NCBI RefSeq assembly: GCF_009931435.1
Contig: NZ_CP043414.1
Length of the DNA stretch: 64,000 nt
Source: Escherichia coli
GTDB lineage: Bacteria > Pseudomonadota > Gammaproteobacteria > Enterobacterales > Enterobacteriaceae
Strand: one strand, 5' to 3'
Each line of letters starts with the position of its first letter. Positions within the stretch are counted from its first letter, which is position 1. Below, in pieces: positions 53,683 through 63,173 of the stretch. The position numbers and the translations under genes were made by a program. The notes beneath the pieces are model-generated. The model was given only the letters and a program-made list of their open reading frames with translations. It searched no databases and was not told where the DNA came from.

Positions 53683-54796
53683 TTTTAATCCTTTCCATTA
53701 TTTCCTTCGCAAAATCAAAACGCATATTTACATATTGTGTTGTATCAATTGCACCAGAAAAAATACCAATCTCATCAAAATTATACTTGTATTGTTCAAT
53801 AAGCTGTTTTAATTCAATATTTTTTGATAAAAATTCAAAACTTATCTGACTGAATACCATAACTAACACTTCGAATAATCCCATATTCACTGGTCGCCTT
53901 TTAGCACCTGATTTTGTTGAAAATCTAAATGCTTCTGAACCCAACGCTTTATAGACATTAGTCATACCAGTTATACAAGCATCTTCAACTTCTTCCAGTA
54001 ACTCATCATCAGCTTTTGTATTAATGAATTTCATCGCAGATGCTAAAAAAGCATCAATATCAGACCTAAATTCAACACCTGGCATTTGATTTGTTACAAG
54101 CAAATAAAATCCTACGAACCGCAAAACCAGATATCTGTCTCGCATACGCTCAGATTTTACGCCATTACCTGTTGCAAGCCTGAAAGACTCGTGTTCAGCG
54201 AGATCCTTAATTAACTTTGTGGCCTTGCCTTGATAAAGAGCATGCCGCATTTCCTGTTTATTTAGATTAATACCACTTCGATTTACACGCTCAAAAATAT
54301 TAAATTTCACATATTCAGGTGTTGGGGGTTGAATCACATAAGAATGTAACTGGCAATCTTCAAGCTTTGCTTGTAATAATGGAGGAATATCAGAAAATTT
54401 TTTTCCTCTCAAGTCAGGCAACATAGATAAATCAGTTAAAGAAAATTCATTGTTAACATAGCGTTTCAATGCAGATATTCGTTGTTTGCCATCAATGATT
54501 TGCCTGACACCATTTTCATCCTCAAAAAGATAAATTAATGGAATAGGAATCCCCATTAAAATAGATTCAATTAATTCTGACTGGTGTTTTCTATCCCAGA
54601 CAAGTTTACGCTGAAAATCTGGAGCAAGAACCAGTTGCCCACGAGCTTCGCGACGGAGTAATTCGAAAACACTGGATTGCTCTTTTGCAATTCGAACCTC
54701 AGTATCTGTCCCCATTTGATGCGGATGAGATGTTAACTCAAGCTCTTCTTGATCTTCGAGTTCAATGCTGTCGTTTTCTACATCCGCATTACTCAT
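53666..54796 (-). CDS. DUF262 (ParB/sulfiredoxin-like NTPase, GmrS-type) domain protein, first gene of the accessory operon (gene A)
   Basis: 376 aa; acidic N-terminal tail then DUF262 motifs PDFQRKLVWDRKHQSELIESILMGIPIPLIYLF...IIDGKQRISAL and FNIFERVNRSGINLNKQEM; no DUF1524/HNH motif found. Confidence 0.75.
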   Translation of the reverse strand: MSNADVENDSIELEDQEELELTSHPHQMGTDTEVRIAKEQSSVFELLRREARGQLVLAPDFQRKLVWDRKHQSELIESILMGIPIPLIYLFEDENGVRQIIDGKQRISALKRYVNNEFSLTDLSMLPDLRGKKFSDIPPLLQAKLEDCQLHSYVIQPPTPEYVKFNIFERVNRSGINLNKQEMRHALYQGKATKLIKDLAEHESFRLATGNGVKSERMRDRYLVLRFVGFYLLVTNQMPGVEFRSDIDAFLASAMKFINTKADDELLEEVEDACITGMTNVYKALGSEAFRFSTKSGAKRRPVNMGLFEVLVMVFSQISFEFLSKNIELKQLIEQYKYNFDEIGIFSGAIDTTQYVNMRFDFAKEIMERIKNAYKY

Positions 54797-55036
54797 GGTA
54801 AAATTACCTTTAAAAATTTATCGAATTATTTATTCATAAAAATAGGGCGCTGAATCAAAATTTCAGCCCCTTAATCAACATGAATTATACCCTAACTTCC
54901 TTCTTGACTGCGACCTTCACTGCACCATTATGCGAGTTATCTCCAGAACATAATGCTCTCATACCGCCCTAAGTCATAGCCAGGCTATTGATTTTATGTA
55001 CAATCAGAATCGTCCTGATAAAAGCGAGAATACCCC

Positions 55037-57469
55037 ATGGCGGAACTGAACCTAAGTAACCTGACGGAAGCAGACATCATTACCAAATGCGTTATGCCAG
55101 CCATTCTCAATGCAGGCTGGGACAACACAACGCAAATCAGACAGGAGGTCAAACTCCGGGACGGTAAAGTCATCGTACGTGGTAAAGTTGCGGCACGCAG
55201 AACGGTAAAATCTGCTGACATCGTGCTGTATCACAAACCAGGCATTCCCTTAGCCGTGATTGAAGCAAAAGCCAACAAACATGAAATTGGCAAAGGGATG
55301 CAACAGGGCATTGAATATGCGCGCCTGCTGGACGTTCCTTTTGTTTTTGCCACCAACGGGGATGGCTTTATCTTCCGCGATGCCACCGCAGCCGAAGGTG
55401 AATGCCTTGAAAAGCAAATAACGCTGGATGACTTCCCCTCCCCCGCTGAACTCTGGCAAAAATTCTGCCTCTGGAAAGGATACACACAAGCTCAGCTTCC
55501 GGTGATTACTCAGGACTATTACGACGATGGCAGCGGTAAATCGCCACGTTATTACCAGCTTCAGGCAATCAACAAAACCATTGAAGCCGTCTCCAACGGG
55601 CAAAACCGCGTTCTGTTGGTCATGGCGACCGGAACAGGGAAAACCTATACCGCATTCCAGATCATCTGGCGCCTGTGGAAATCAAAAAATAAAAAACGCA
55701 TTCTGTTCCTTGCCGATCGCAACATTCTGGTCGACCAAACCAAAAATAATGATTTCCAGCCATTTGGTACGGCAATGACCAAAGTCAGCGGACGCACCAT
55801 TGATCCCGCTTATGAAATTCACCTCGCGCTCTATCAGGCTATAACTGGCCCGGAGGAAGACCAAAAAGCGTTTAAACAAGTCGCACCAGATTTCTTCGAT
55901 CTGATAGTCATCGACGAATGCCATCGCGGCAGCGCATCCGAAGACAGCGCCTGGCGAGAGATCCTTGATTATTTCAGTTCCGCCACCCAAATTGGCTTAA
56001 CCGCCACGCCAAAAGAGACGCATGAAGTCTCCAGCACGGATTACTTCGGCGATCCGGTTTACGTCTACTCGCTAAAAGAAGGGATCGAAGACGGCTTCCT
56101 CGCCCCTTATAAAGTTGTCCGTGTTGATATTGATGTTGATCTGCAAGGCTGGCGCCCAACCAAAGGGCAAACTGACTTAAACGGCGAAGTGATCGACGAT
56201 CGTATCTATAACCAGAAAGATTTCGATCGCACGATGGTAATCGACGAACGCACAGAACTGGTTGCCAGAACCATTACCGACTACCTCAAGCGCACCAATC
56301 CGATGGATAAAACCATCGTCTTCTGTAACGACATCGATCATGCAGAACGTATGCGCCGCGCCCTGGTTAATCTCAACTCGGAGCAGGTGAAAAAGAACGA
56401 CAAATACGTCATGAAAATCACCGGCGATGATGAAATTGGCAAAGCTCAGTTGGATAACTTCATCAACCCGAAAAAACCGTACCCGGTTATCGCGACCACT
56501 TCAGAGCTGATGACCACCGGTGTGGATGCTAAAACCTGCAAACTGGTAGTACTGGACCAGAACATCCAGTCGATGACCAAATTCAAGCAGATTATCGGTC
56601 GTGGTACACGCATCGACGAACGTTACGGCAAACTCTGGTTTACCATCCTCGACTTTAAAAAAGCCACCGAACTGTTTGCCGATGAGCGTTTCGATGGCAT
56701 TCCCGAAAAAGTCATGGATACCACACCAGAGGATATCACCGATCCAGAATCTGATTTTGAAGAGAAACTCGAAGAAATCAGCGAACATGACGACGAACAG
56801 GTAACGGGCGTTGATGAACCGCCTGCGCCACCATACCAGGTTACCGATACCGATGATGTCGGCCCACTTCCGGAAGAAGACGAGAAGAAAATCCGCAAGT
56901 TTCACGTCAACGGTGTCGCGGTGGGCGTTATTGCGCAGCGTGTTCAGTATTACGATGCCGACGGTAAACTGGTTACCGAATCTTTTAAAGATTACACCCG
57001 CAAAACACTGCTCAAAGAATATGCCTCGCTGGATGACTTTACCCGCAAGTGGCAGGACGCCGATCGCAAAGAAGCGATCATTCACGAGCTGGAGCAACAG
57101 GGGATCATCTGGGAAGTACTGGCAGAAGAAGTCGGTAAAGATCTCGACCCGTTCGACATGCTTTGCCACGTAGTGTATGGTCAGCCGCCGTTAACCCGCA
57201 AAGAGCGCGCCGAGAACGTGCGCAAGCGGAACTACTTCACAAAATACTCTGAAGCAGCGCAAGCCGTGCTCGATAATCTGCTGGATAAATACGCCGATGC
57301 GGGCGTACAGGAGATCGAAAGTATTCAGGTGCTGAAACTTAAACCATTCGACAGCATGGGCACTTTACCGGAGATTATTAAAACCGGATTTGGCGACCGT
57401 AACGGGTATAATCAGGCGCTCAGCGAGCTGGAAAACGAAATCTACCAATTACCGCCCCGCTCTGCTTAA
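55037..57469 (+). CDS. hsdR: Type I restriction enzyme R subunit HsdR (short, Type IB-like form)
   Basis: 810 aa; N-terminal PD-(D/E)xK nuclease region and SF2 helicase motifs [26 protein letters not shown]. Confidence 0.9.
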   Translation: MAELNLSNLTEADIITKCVMPAILNAGWDNTTQIRQEVKLRDGKVIVRGKVAARRTVKSADIVLYHKPGIPLAVIEAKANKHEIGKGMQQGIEYARLLDVPFVFATNGDGFIFRDATAAEGECLEKQITLDDFPSPAELWQKFCLWKGYTQAQLPVITQDYYDDGSGKSPRYYQLQAINKTIEAVSNGQNRVLLVMATGTGKTYTAFQIIWRLWKSKNKKRILFLADRNILVDQTKNNDFQPFGTAMTKVSGRTIDPAYEIHLALYQAITGPEEDQKAFKQVAPDFFDLIVIDECHRGSASEDSAWREILDYFSSATQIGLTATPKETHEVSSTDYFGDPVYVYSLKEGIEDGFLAPYKVVRVDIDVDLQGWRPTKGQTDLNGEVIDDRIYNQKDFDRTMVIDERTELVARTITDYLKRTNPMDKTIVFCNDIDHAERMRRALVNLNSEQVKKNDKYVMKITGDDEIGKAQLDNFINPKKPYPVIATTSELMTTGVDAKTCKLVVLDQNIQSMTKFKQIIGRGTRIDERYGKLWFTILDFKKATELFADERFDGIPEKVMDTTPEDITDPESDFEEKLEEISEHDDEQVTGVDEPPAPPYQVTDTDDVGPLPEEDEKKIRKFHVNGVAVGVIAQRVQYYDADGKLVTESFKDYTRKTLLKEYASLDDFTRKWQDADRKEAIIHELEQQGIIWEVLAEEVGKDLDPFDMLCHVVYGQPPLTRKERAENVRKRNYFTKYSEAAQAVLDNLLDKYADAGVQEIESIQVLKLKPFDSMGTLPEIIKTGFGDRNGYNQALSELENEIYQLPPRSA

Positions 57470-57483
57470 CAACTCTCTTTTGC

Positions 57484-57522
57484 GCCTTCTGCAACCATCA
57501 TGTTGCAGAAGGCCTTGTTTTT
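57484..57522 (+). terminator. Rho-independent terminator between hsdR and hsdM
   Basis: Perfect 12-bp stem GCCTTCTGCAAC / GTTGCAGAAGGC with a 6-nt loop, followed by CTTGTTTTTC. Confidence 0.55.
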
Positions 57523-57535
57523 CATGGAATACAAC

Positions 57536-59005
57536 ATGTCTATCAGCTCAGTAATCAAATCATTACAAGATATTATGCGCAAAGATGCCGGTGTGGATGG
57601 CGATGCGCAGCGTCTCGGTCAGCTCTCCTGGCTGCTGTTTTTGAAAATCTTCGATGCCCAGGAAGAGGCGCTGGAACTGGAGCAGGATAACTATCAATAT
57701 CCGATCCCACAGCGTTATTTGTGGCGCAGTTGGGCCGCCAACGCGCAGGGCATTACCGGTGATTCCCTGCTGGAATTCGTTAATGATGATCTGTTCCCGG
57801 CGTTGAAAAACCTCACTGCGCCTATCGATAAAAACCCACGCGGCTACGTGGTGAAGCAGGCGTTCAGCGATGCCTATAACTATATGAAAAACGGTACGCT
57901 ACTGCGTCAGGTGATCAACAAGCTGAACGAAATTGACTTTACCAGCGCCAGCGAACGCCATCTGTTTGGTGATATTTACGAACAGATCCTTAAAGATCTG
58001 CAATCTGCGGGCAATGCTGGCGAATTCTATACTCCACGCGCCGTCACTCGCTTTATGGTGGATCGCGTTGATCCGAAACTCGGCGAATCCATTATGGACC
58101 CGGCCTGCGGTACGGGCGGTTTTCTTGCCTGCGCATTTGATCATGTAAAGAACAAATACGTGAAGAGCGTCGCCGATCATCAGACTCTGCAACAACAGAT
58201 CCACGGTGTCGAGAAAAAACAGCTTCCGCACCTGCTGGCGACCACCAATATGCTGCTGCACGGCATTGAAGTACCGGTACAAATTCGTCACGACAACACC
58301 CTGAATAAACCGCTTTCCTCCTGGGATGAGCAACTGGATGTGATTGTTACCAACCCGCCATTTGGTGGCACGGAAGAAGACGGTATTGAGAAGAACTTTC
58401 CGGCAGAGATGCAAACCCGCGAAACGGCGGATCTGTTCCTGCAACTGATTGTGGAAGTACTGGCGAAAAACGGTCGCGCGGCGGTGGTATTGCCGGATGG
58501 CACACTATTTGGCGAAGGCGTTAAAACCAAAATCAAAAAACTGCTTACCGAAGAGTGCAACCTGCATACCATCGTGCGTTTACCGAATGGGGTGTTTAAC
58601 CCCTATACCGGCATTAAAACCAACCTGTTGTTCTTTACCAAAGGTCAGCCAACCAAAGAGATTTGGTTCTATGAGCATCCGTATCCGGCGGGCGTGAAAA
58701 ATTACAGTAAAACCAAGCCGATGAAGTTTGAAGAGTTTCAGGCGGAGATCGACTGGTGGGGGAACGAGGCCGATGGTTTTGCCAGCCGCGTCGAGAATGA
58801 GCAGGCGTGGAAAGTCAGCATTGATGACGTGATTGCGCGTAACTTCAATCTGGATATTAAAAACCCACATCAGGCGGAAACCGTTAGCCATGATCCGGAC
58901 GAGCTGTTAGCGCAGTATGCAAAGCAGCAGGCGGAGATCCAGACGCTGCGTAATCAACTGCGCGATATTCTTGGCGCTGCGCTGTCTGGCAAGGAGGTTA
59001 ACTGA
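57536..59005 (+). CDS. hsdM: Type I restriction-modification N6-adenine DNA methyltransferase HsdM
   Basis: SAM motif DPACGTGGFL and catalytic NPPFGG; start placed at MSISSVIKSLQDI... after the hairpin (the track ORF starts at 57500, inside the hairpin). Confidence 0.9.
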   Translation: MSISSVIKSLQDIMRKDAGVDGDAQRLGQLSWLLFLKIFDAQEEALELEQDNYQYPIPQRYLWRSWAANAQGITGDSLLEFVNDDLFPALKNLTAPIDKNPRGYVVKQAFSDAYNYMKNGTLLRQVINKLNEIDFTSASERHLFGDIYEQILKDLQSAGNAGEFYTPRAVTRFMVDRVDPKLGESIMDPACGTGGFLACAFDHVKNKYVKSVADHQTLQQQIHGVEKKQLPHLLATTNMLLHGIEVPVQIRHDNTLNKPLSSWDEQLDVIVTNPPFGGTEEDGIEKNFPAEMQTRETADLFLQLIVEVLAKNGRAAVVLPDGTLFGEGVKTKIKKLLTEECNLHTIVRLPNGVFNPYTGIKTNLLFFTKGQPTKEIWFYEHPYPAGVKNYSKTKPMKFEEFQAEIDWWGNEADGFASRVENEQAWKVSIDDVIARNFNLDIKNPHQAETVSHDPDELLAQYAKQQAEIQTLRNQLRDILGAALSGKEVN

Positions 59006-60753
59006 TGAGTGTGGAAAAGCTGATCGTTGATCATATGGAAACCTGGACCTCGGCGTTGCAAACCCGTTCCACCGCCGGGCGCGGCAGTTCCGGAAAAATT
59101 GATTTATATGGCATTAAGAAATTACGTGAGCTGATTCTGGAACTGGCTGTGCGCGGTAAACTGGTGCCGCAGGATCCGAATGATGAACCGGCGTCGGAGC
59201 TGCTGAAGCGTAATGAAGAACGGAAAAAAGAATTAGCGCGCAATAATGGTATGAAAACCACAGCAAGCACTAATATCCATGGAAATGAATATTATATCGA
59301 TACCCCCGAAAAGTGGTCATGGATAAGACTTGGTAATTTAGCTAAATTCATCGATTACCGAGGGAAAACACCACATAAAAAAGAAAATGGTATAAGGCTT
59401 ATAACAGCAAAAAATATCAGAAAGGGCTGTATTGATCTCAATCCAGAAGAATTCATATCTGAAGAAGATTACATATCATGGATGACAAGAGGCTTTCCTA
59501 AATGTGGTGATATTTTATTCACAACTGAAGCACCACTGGGGAATGCAGCGATTATTGATTTAGACGGAAAGTTCGCTCTTGCTCAACGTTCTATCTGTTT
59601 TCAATGGCATACTCCAGAGATAAGCCCTTTTATGCTTATTCAAATCCTGGCGATCCCCTTCCAGTCACAACTAAGTGACAAATCTACAGGCATGACCGCA
59701 ACAGGAATAAAAGCGTCTAAGTTAAAAGAGATCCCTGTTATTTTACCACCTTACCAAGAACAAATACGTATTGTATCCAAAGTACAGGAGTTCATGTCCC
59801 TATGTGACCAACTGGAACAGCAATCCCTGACCACTCTGGACGCACATCAGCAACTGGTTGAAACCCTGTTGGGAACGCTTACAGACAGCCAAAACGCCGA
59901 GGAACTGGCTGAAAACTGGGCGCGTATTAGCGAGCATTTCGACACCCTATTTACCACCGAAGCCAGCGTGGATGCGTTAAAACAGACCATTCTGCAACTG
60001 GCCGTAATGGGCAAACTTGTGCCGCATGATCCGAATGACGAACCAGCCTCTGAACTGCTCAAACGAATTGCGCAGGAAAAAGCTCAACTGGTGAAAGAAG
60101 GAAAAATAAAAAAACAAAAACCGTTGCCGCCGATTAGCGATGAGGAAAAACCTTTTGAACTGCCGGAAGGGTGGGAATGGATTAGACTAGGAAATATTGG
60201 TGAAGTTAAAGGGGGCGGAACCCCAAGTAAAAACAATCCTGATTTTTGGAAAGGTAATATTCCATGGGTTTCACCAAAGGATATGAAGGTTAATTACATC
60301 TCCAAAAGTCAACTAAATATTTCAAAAGAGGCTGTATTGGAGAGTTCAGTACATCTAATTCCTGAAAATAGTCTTATTTTTGTTGTCCGAGGCATGATTT
60401 TAGCCCATACATTCCCCGTAGCAATAACAAAAAAAGAAGTCACTATTAATCAAGATATGAAAGCCATATCAACTAATCAATTAAATACTGATTTTTTAAT
60501 TTACTTACTTAAAGCAAACGAGACTCGAGTAATATGCTTAGTTGACCGCTCCTCTCATGGCACATGTAAACTTGTTTCAGATAAACTTTTCAATTTGGTT
60601 TTACCGTTGCCTCCATTAGAAGAACAATTTCGTATTACAGAACGAATAAATATGCTATTAGCTTATTGTGATAGATTGAAAAATTATATAAATCTAAAAA
60701 AACAAACCCAACTGCACCTTGCAGATGCACTCACTGACGCGGCGATAAACTAA
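59005..60753 (+). CDS. hsdS: Type I restriction-modification specificity subunit HsdS
   Basis: 582 aa; ATG overlaps the hsdM stop (TGATG); two target-recognition domains, each preceded by a conserved repeat (LAVRGKLVPQDPNDEPASELLKR / LAVMGKLVPHDPNDEPASELLKR). Confidence 0.9.
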   Translation: MSVEKLIVDHMETWTSALQTRSTAGRGSSGKIDLYGIKKLRELILELAVRGKLVPQDPNDEPASELLKRNEERKKELARNNGMKTTASTNIHGNEYYIDTPEKWSWIRLGNLAKFIDYRGKTPHKKENGIRLITAKNIRKGCIDLNPEEFISEEDYISWMTRGFPKCGDILFTTEAPLGNAAIIDLDGKFALAQRSICFQWHTPEISPFMLIQILAIPFQSQLSDKSTGMTATGIKASKLKEIPVILPPYQEQIRIVSKVQEFMSLCDQLEQQSLTTLDAHQQLVETLLGTLTDSQNAEELAENWARISEHFDTLFTTEASVDALKQTILQLAVMGKLVPHDPNDEPASELLKRIAQEKAQLVKEGKIKKQKPLPPISDEEKPFELPEGWEWIRLGNIGEVKGGGTPSKNNPDFWKGNIPWVSPKDMKVNYISKSQLNISKEAVLESSVHLIPENSLIFVVRGMILAHTFPVAITKKEVTINQDMKAISTNQLNTDFLIYLLKANETRVICLVDRSSHGTCKLVSDKLFNLVLPLPPLEEQFRITERINMLLAYCDRLKNYINLKKQTQLHLADALTDAAIN

Positions 60754-60775
60754 TTTTCTCGCCCTCATAAAACCA

Positions 60776-60801
60776 ATAAAGCGGCTAAATAGCCGCTTTA
60801 T
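60776..60801. terminator. Hairpin downstream of hsdS
   Basis: ATAAAGCGGCT-AAAT-AGCCGCTTTAT palindrome 23 nt after the hsdS stop; no strong U-tract. Confidence 0.35.
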
Positions 60802-60880
60802 TCACATCACCAAAAATTATATTTTACGCTAATTTTCATCTTATTTTCATTAATTTTTAGCTGGACTTTCCCCATATTTA

Positions 60881-60896
60881 CTGATGATATGTCCAG
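60881..60896. promoter_or_regulatory. LexA (SOS) box in the symE promoter
   Basis: CTGATGATATGTCCAG, a CTG-N10-CAG box (with flanks TACTG...CAGGT) about 80 bp upstream of the symE ATG. Confidence 0.5.
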
Positions 60897-60914
60897 GTAT
60901 TTAGCGCGGTGCGA

Positions 60915-61000
60915 ATGTGCGCCAACACACCCGCACCGCTCATCACAATCCCTATTTCACGAGAATAGTAATCATGACTGACACGCATTCTATTGCACAA
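60915..61000 (-). ncRNA. symR: Expected position of the SymR antisense sRNA (boundaries not determinable from sequence)
   Basis: Placed only by analogy: in K-12 SymR is encoded antisense to the symE 5' UTR and start codon; no independent sequence evidence. Confidence 0.25.
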
Positions 61001-61315
61001 CCGTTCGAAGCAGAAGTCTCCCCGGCAAATAACCGTCAATTAACCGTGAGTTATGCGAGCCGCTACCCGGATTACAGCCGTATTCCCGCCATCACTCTGA
61101 AAGGTCAGTGGCTGGAAACCGCCGGTTTTACCACCGGCACGGCGGTAGATGTCAAAGTGATGGAAGGCTGTATTGTCCTCACCGCCCAACCACCCGCCGC
61201 CGAGGAGAGCGAACTGATGCAGTCACTGCGCCAGGTGTGCAAACTGTCAGCGCGTAAACAGAAGCAGGTGCAGGAGTTTATTGGGGTGATTGCCGGTAAA
61301 CAGAAAGTCGCCTGA
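60974..61315 (+). CDS. symE: SOS-induced toxin-like protein SymE (AbrB/SpoVT fold)
   Basis: 113 aa [48 protein letters not shown]...; track ORF starts at an upstream Met (60917). Confidence 0.85.
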   Translation: MTDTHSIAQPFEAEVSPANNRQLTVSYASRYPDYSRIPAITLKGQWLETAGFTTGTAVDVKVMEGCIVLTAQPPAAEESELMQSLRQVCKLSARKQKQVQEFIGVIAGKQKVA

Positions 61316-61322
61316 TACATTG

Positions 61323-61354
61323 ACCCGGTAGCGCCAGTGCTACCGGGTATTATT
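61323..61354 (+). terminator. Terminator hairpin between symE and the convergent GmrSD-like gene
   Basis: ACCCGGTAGC-GCCAGT-GCTACCGGGT hairpin followed by ATTATT. Confidence 0.5.
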
Positions 61355-61361
61355 CGCCACG

Positions 61362-63110
61362 TTATACCAACGCGCTCTCCATCTGTTTTTCAAATGCCTG
61401 ACGGATTAATCCCATAATGTAAGGAAGTTGTGCGAGGTCGCTGAAACCAATTTCTACATCGCCATTGCCCCAGCGCCCAACATTTGTCACATCTTTGGCA
61501 ATACCTTTCGGATCGACCAGTTCATGAAACTGCATATTAAGCGACAATCGCAGTCGGCTTTTTTGCGGCACAACATCAACAAAATTCGTTTCCGCTTTAA
61601 ACGCAATATAGAGCTTCAATACTTCCTGCGTGATCCCTGCGTCCAGGCGCAAAACTTCATCGCTAAGATGATCGAATAACACCCGGCTATGCGAACCATC
61701 AGCAAGAAAAGGATAATCACTCAGGCTGTAACTGGTTTTGTTTTCCGGCTGCCCCCGATAAACAGCTAAAACCTCTTCAGGAAGAGAAGGCGCTTGCCAG
61801 ACCTGAACCGCGAGATCGGCCAGACGATCGGCTCGGGCGTGAATGGCAGCTTCATCCCATTTTTCGCACTGTCCAAGACCGATATTCAAATAAAGCGGGC
61901 TATGCTTAAAGCCGTCTTCAATATCGCGTTTTTCCGCGAAAGGTCTGTCACTGTAGCGGGAGTTATAGCGCGTTAAAGTGAGATTCCCCAACGTATGCAA
62001 CAATTCTTTATGAATACGCTGCCAGTCGCTTCCCAGCTCTTCGCGCCATTTAGCCGACAAATTTTCGTTCTGCGGCATAATGTGCTCAATCGTAAACTCT
62101 TCCACGCGCTCTCTGCGTTTATTGTTTTCCAGTCGTCGTAACCAGTAACTGCGACTGCGGAAGTTATAGAGATCGCGAACTTTTAATTCCCGTTTAAATT
62201 CATCATCGTTGGGGAAACGACGATATGAAGGTAGATTCAGAAAATGTACCTGAATACTTTCCAGATAATTTTCTTTATTAATAACTTTATAAAAAGTGGC
62301 AAACGTCTTGTTAAGAGAATTTGTTGGAATCGCACATACTGCACGGCGGAAAACATAAGATTCAATTAAACGAATTATGCTCAGGAAATCTTCACGAGAC
62401 AAAACGCCATTTTTATAGTCATGATAAAGCGCCAGTAAGAAAGGATACGCCACATCGACTTTTAACTCGCGCAAATCCTGAAAAGCCGTAGCAAGCGATT
62501 TGTCACTTTCTTTTCCCAATGCCATTGCACAGTAATACTCCGCGTAGATGTGAATATCTTCAACCAGCCGATCTACGCCTTTTTCAGCAACACTCTGGCT
62601 ACGGGCATGGAGTTTAAAAGCCTCATAGACTTCATCTGTCCGAGGGATCTCCCCCGTTTTTACCGTCAGATAATGACGCATAAAACTGTCAAAATATTCG
62701 CTGTAACCTTGCTGACCAAAGGCGACTTCCATGGGTCGCCAGTGATCTTCATACAACCGGGTTTGATGCTCTGGTTCGAGACCCATCAGAATAAAATTGC
62801 GCACCAGATCGGCCTGACTTAACGCCTTACCGGTGGAGTTCATACTTTCAAAAATCAGTTGCGGATTATCCTGACCACGATTAAGCGCCACATCGACAAT
62901 TAATAACTTTGCTAACCCACGACATAAGGGGATCAAGTCATCACCGAGTTTGGCAATTTGTTCATCAAAGAAAGTAAAGTTTTCCATTATTCGATGGGAA
63001 TAGTTTTCTGGCATTGGTCTTTGTTTTATTAACGCCAGCAAACTGTCTTTATCAGTCTCGGTAAGCAGTAATTTAAATCCTTTCTCGCCGGACTCATAAG
63101 GATTGAGCAA
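61362..63110 (-). CDS. GmrSD-family (DUF262 C-terminal part + DUF1524 His-Me finger) protein lacking the N-terminal DGQQR core; possibly the yjiT-equivalent locus
   Basis: 582-aa ORF with a TTG start right after an in-frame stop; DUF262 distal motif IFESMNSTGKALSQADLVRNFILMG; DUF1524 motif EHIMPQNENLSAKW...LHTLGNLTLTRYNSRYSD; only 64 bp separate it from yjiS. Confidence 0.7.
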   Translation of the reverse strand: MLNPYESGEKGFKLLLTETDKDSLLALIKQRPMPENYSHRIMENFTFFDEQIAKLGDDLIPLCRGLAKLLIVDVALNRGQDNPQLIFESMNSTGKALSQADLVRNFILMGLEPEHQTRLYEDHWRPMEVAFGQQGYSEYFDSFMRHYLTVKTGEIPRTDEVYEAFKLHARSQSVAEKGVDRLVEDIHIYAEYYCAMALGKESDKSLATAFQDLRELKVDVAYPFLLALYHDYKNGVLSREDFLSIIRLIESYVFRRAVCAIPTNSLNKTFATFYKVINKENYLESIQVHFLNLPSYRRFPNDDEFKRELKVRDLYNFRSRSYWLRRLENNKRRERVEEFTIEHIMPQNENLSAKWREELGSDWQRIHKELLHTLGNLTLTRYNSRYSDRPFAEKRDIEDGFKHSPLYLNIGLGQCEKWDEAAIHARADRLADLAVQVWQAPSLPEEVLAVYRGQPENKTSYSLSDYPFLADGSHSRVLFDHLSDEVLRLDAGITQEVLKLYIAFKAETNFVDVVPQKSRLRLSLNMQFHELVDPKGIAKDVTNVGRWGNGDVEIGFSDLAQLPYIMGLIRQAFEKQMESALV

Positions 63111-63173
63111 ATAATAACCACTTCCTTGTGAAGGTTATAGAGAAATCCGGTTTATCTGCGATGAATTGCCCCC

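Noticed and set aside
56501-57169. 222-aa ORF on the minus strand
   Set aside because: Antisense within hsdR; no motifs.
57899-58444. 181-aa ORF on the minus strand
   Set aside because: Antisense within hsdM; no motifs.
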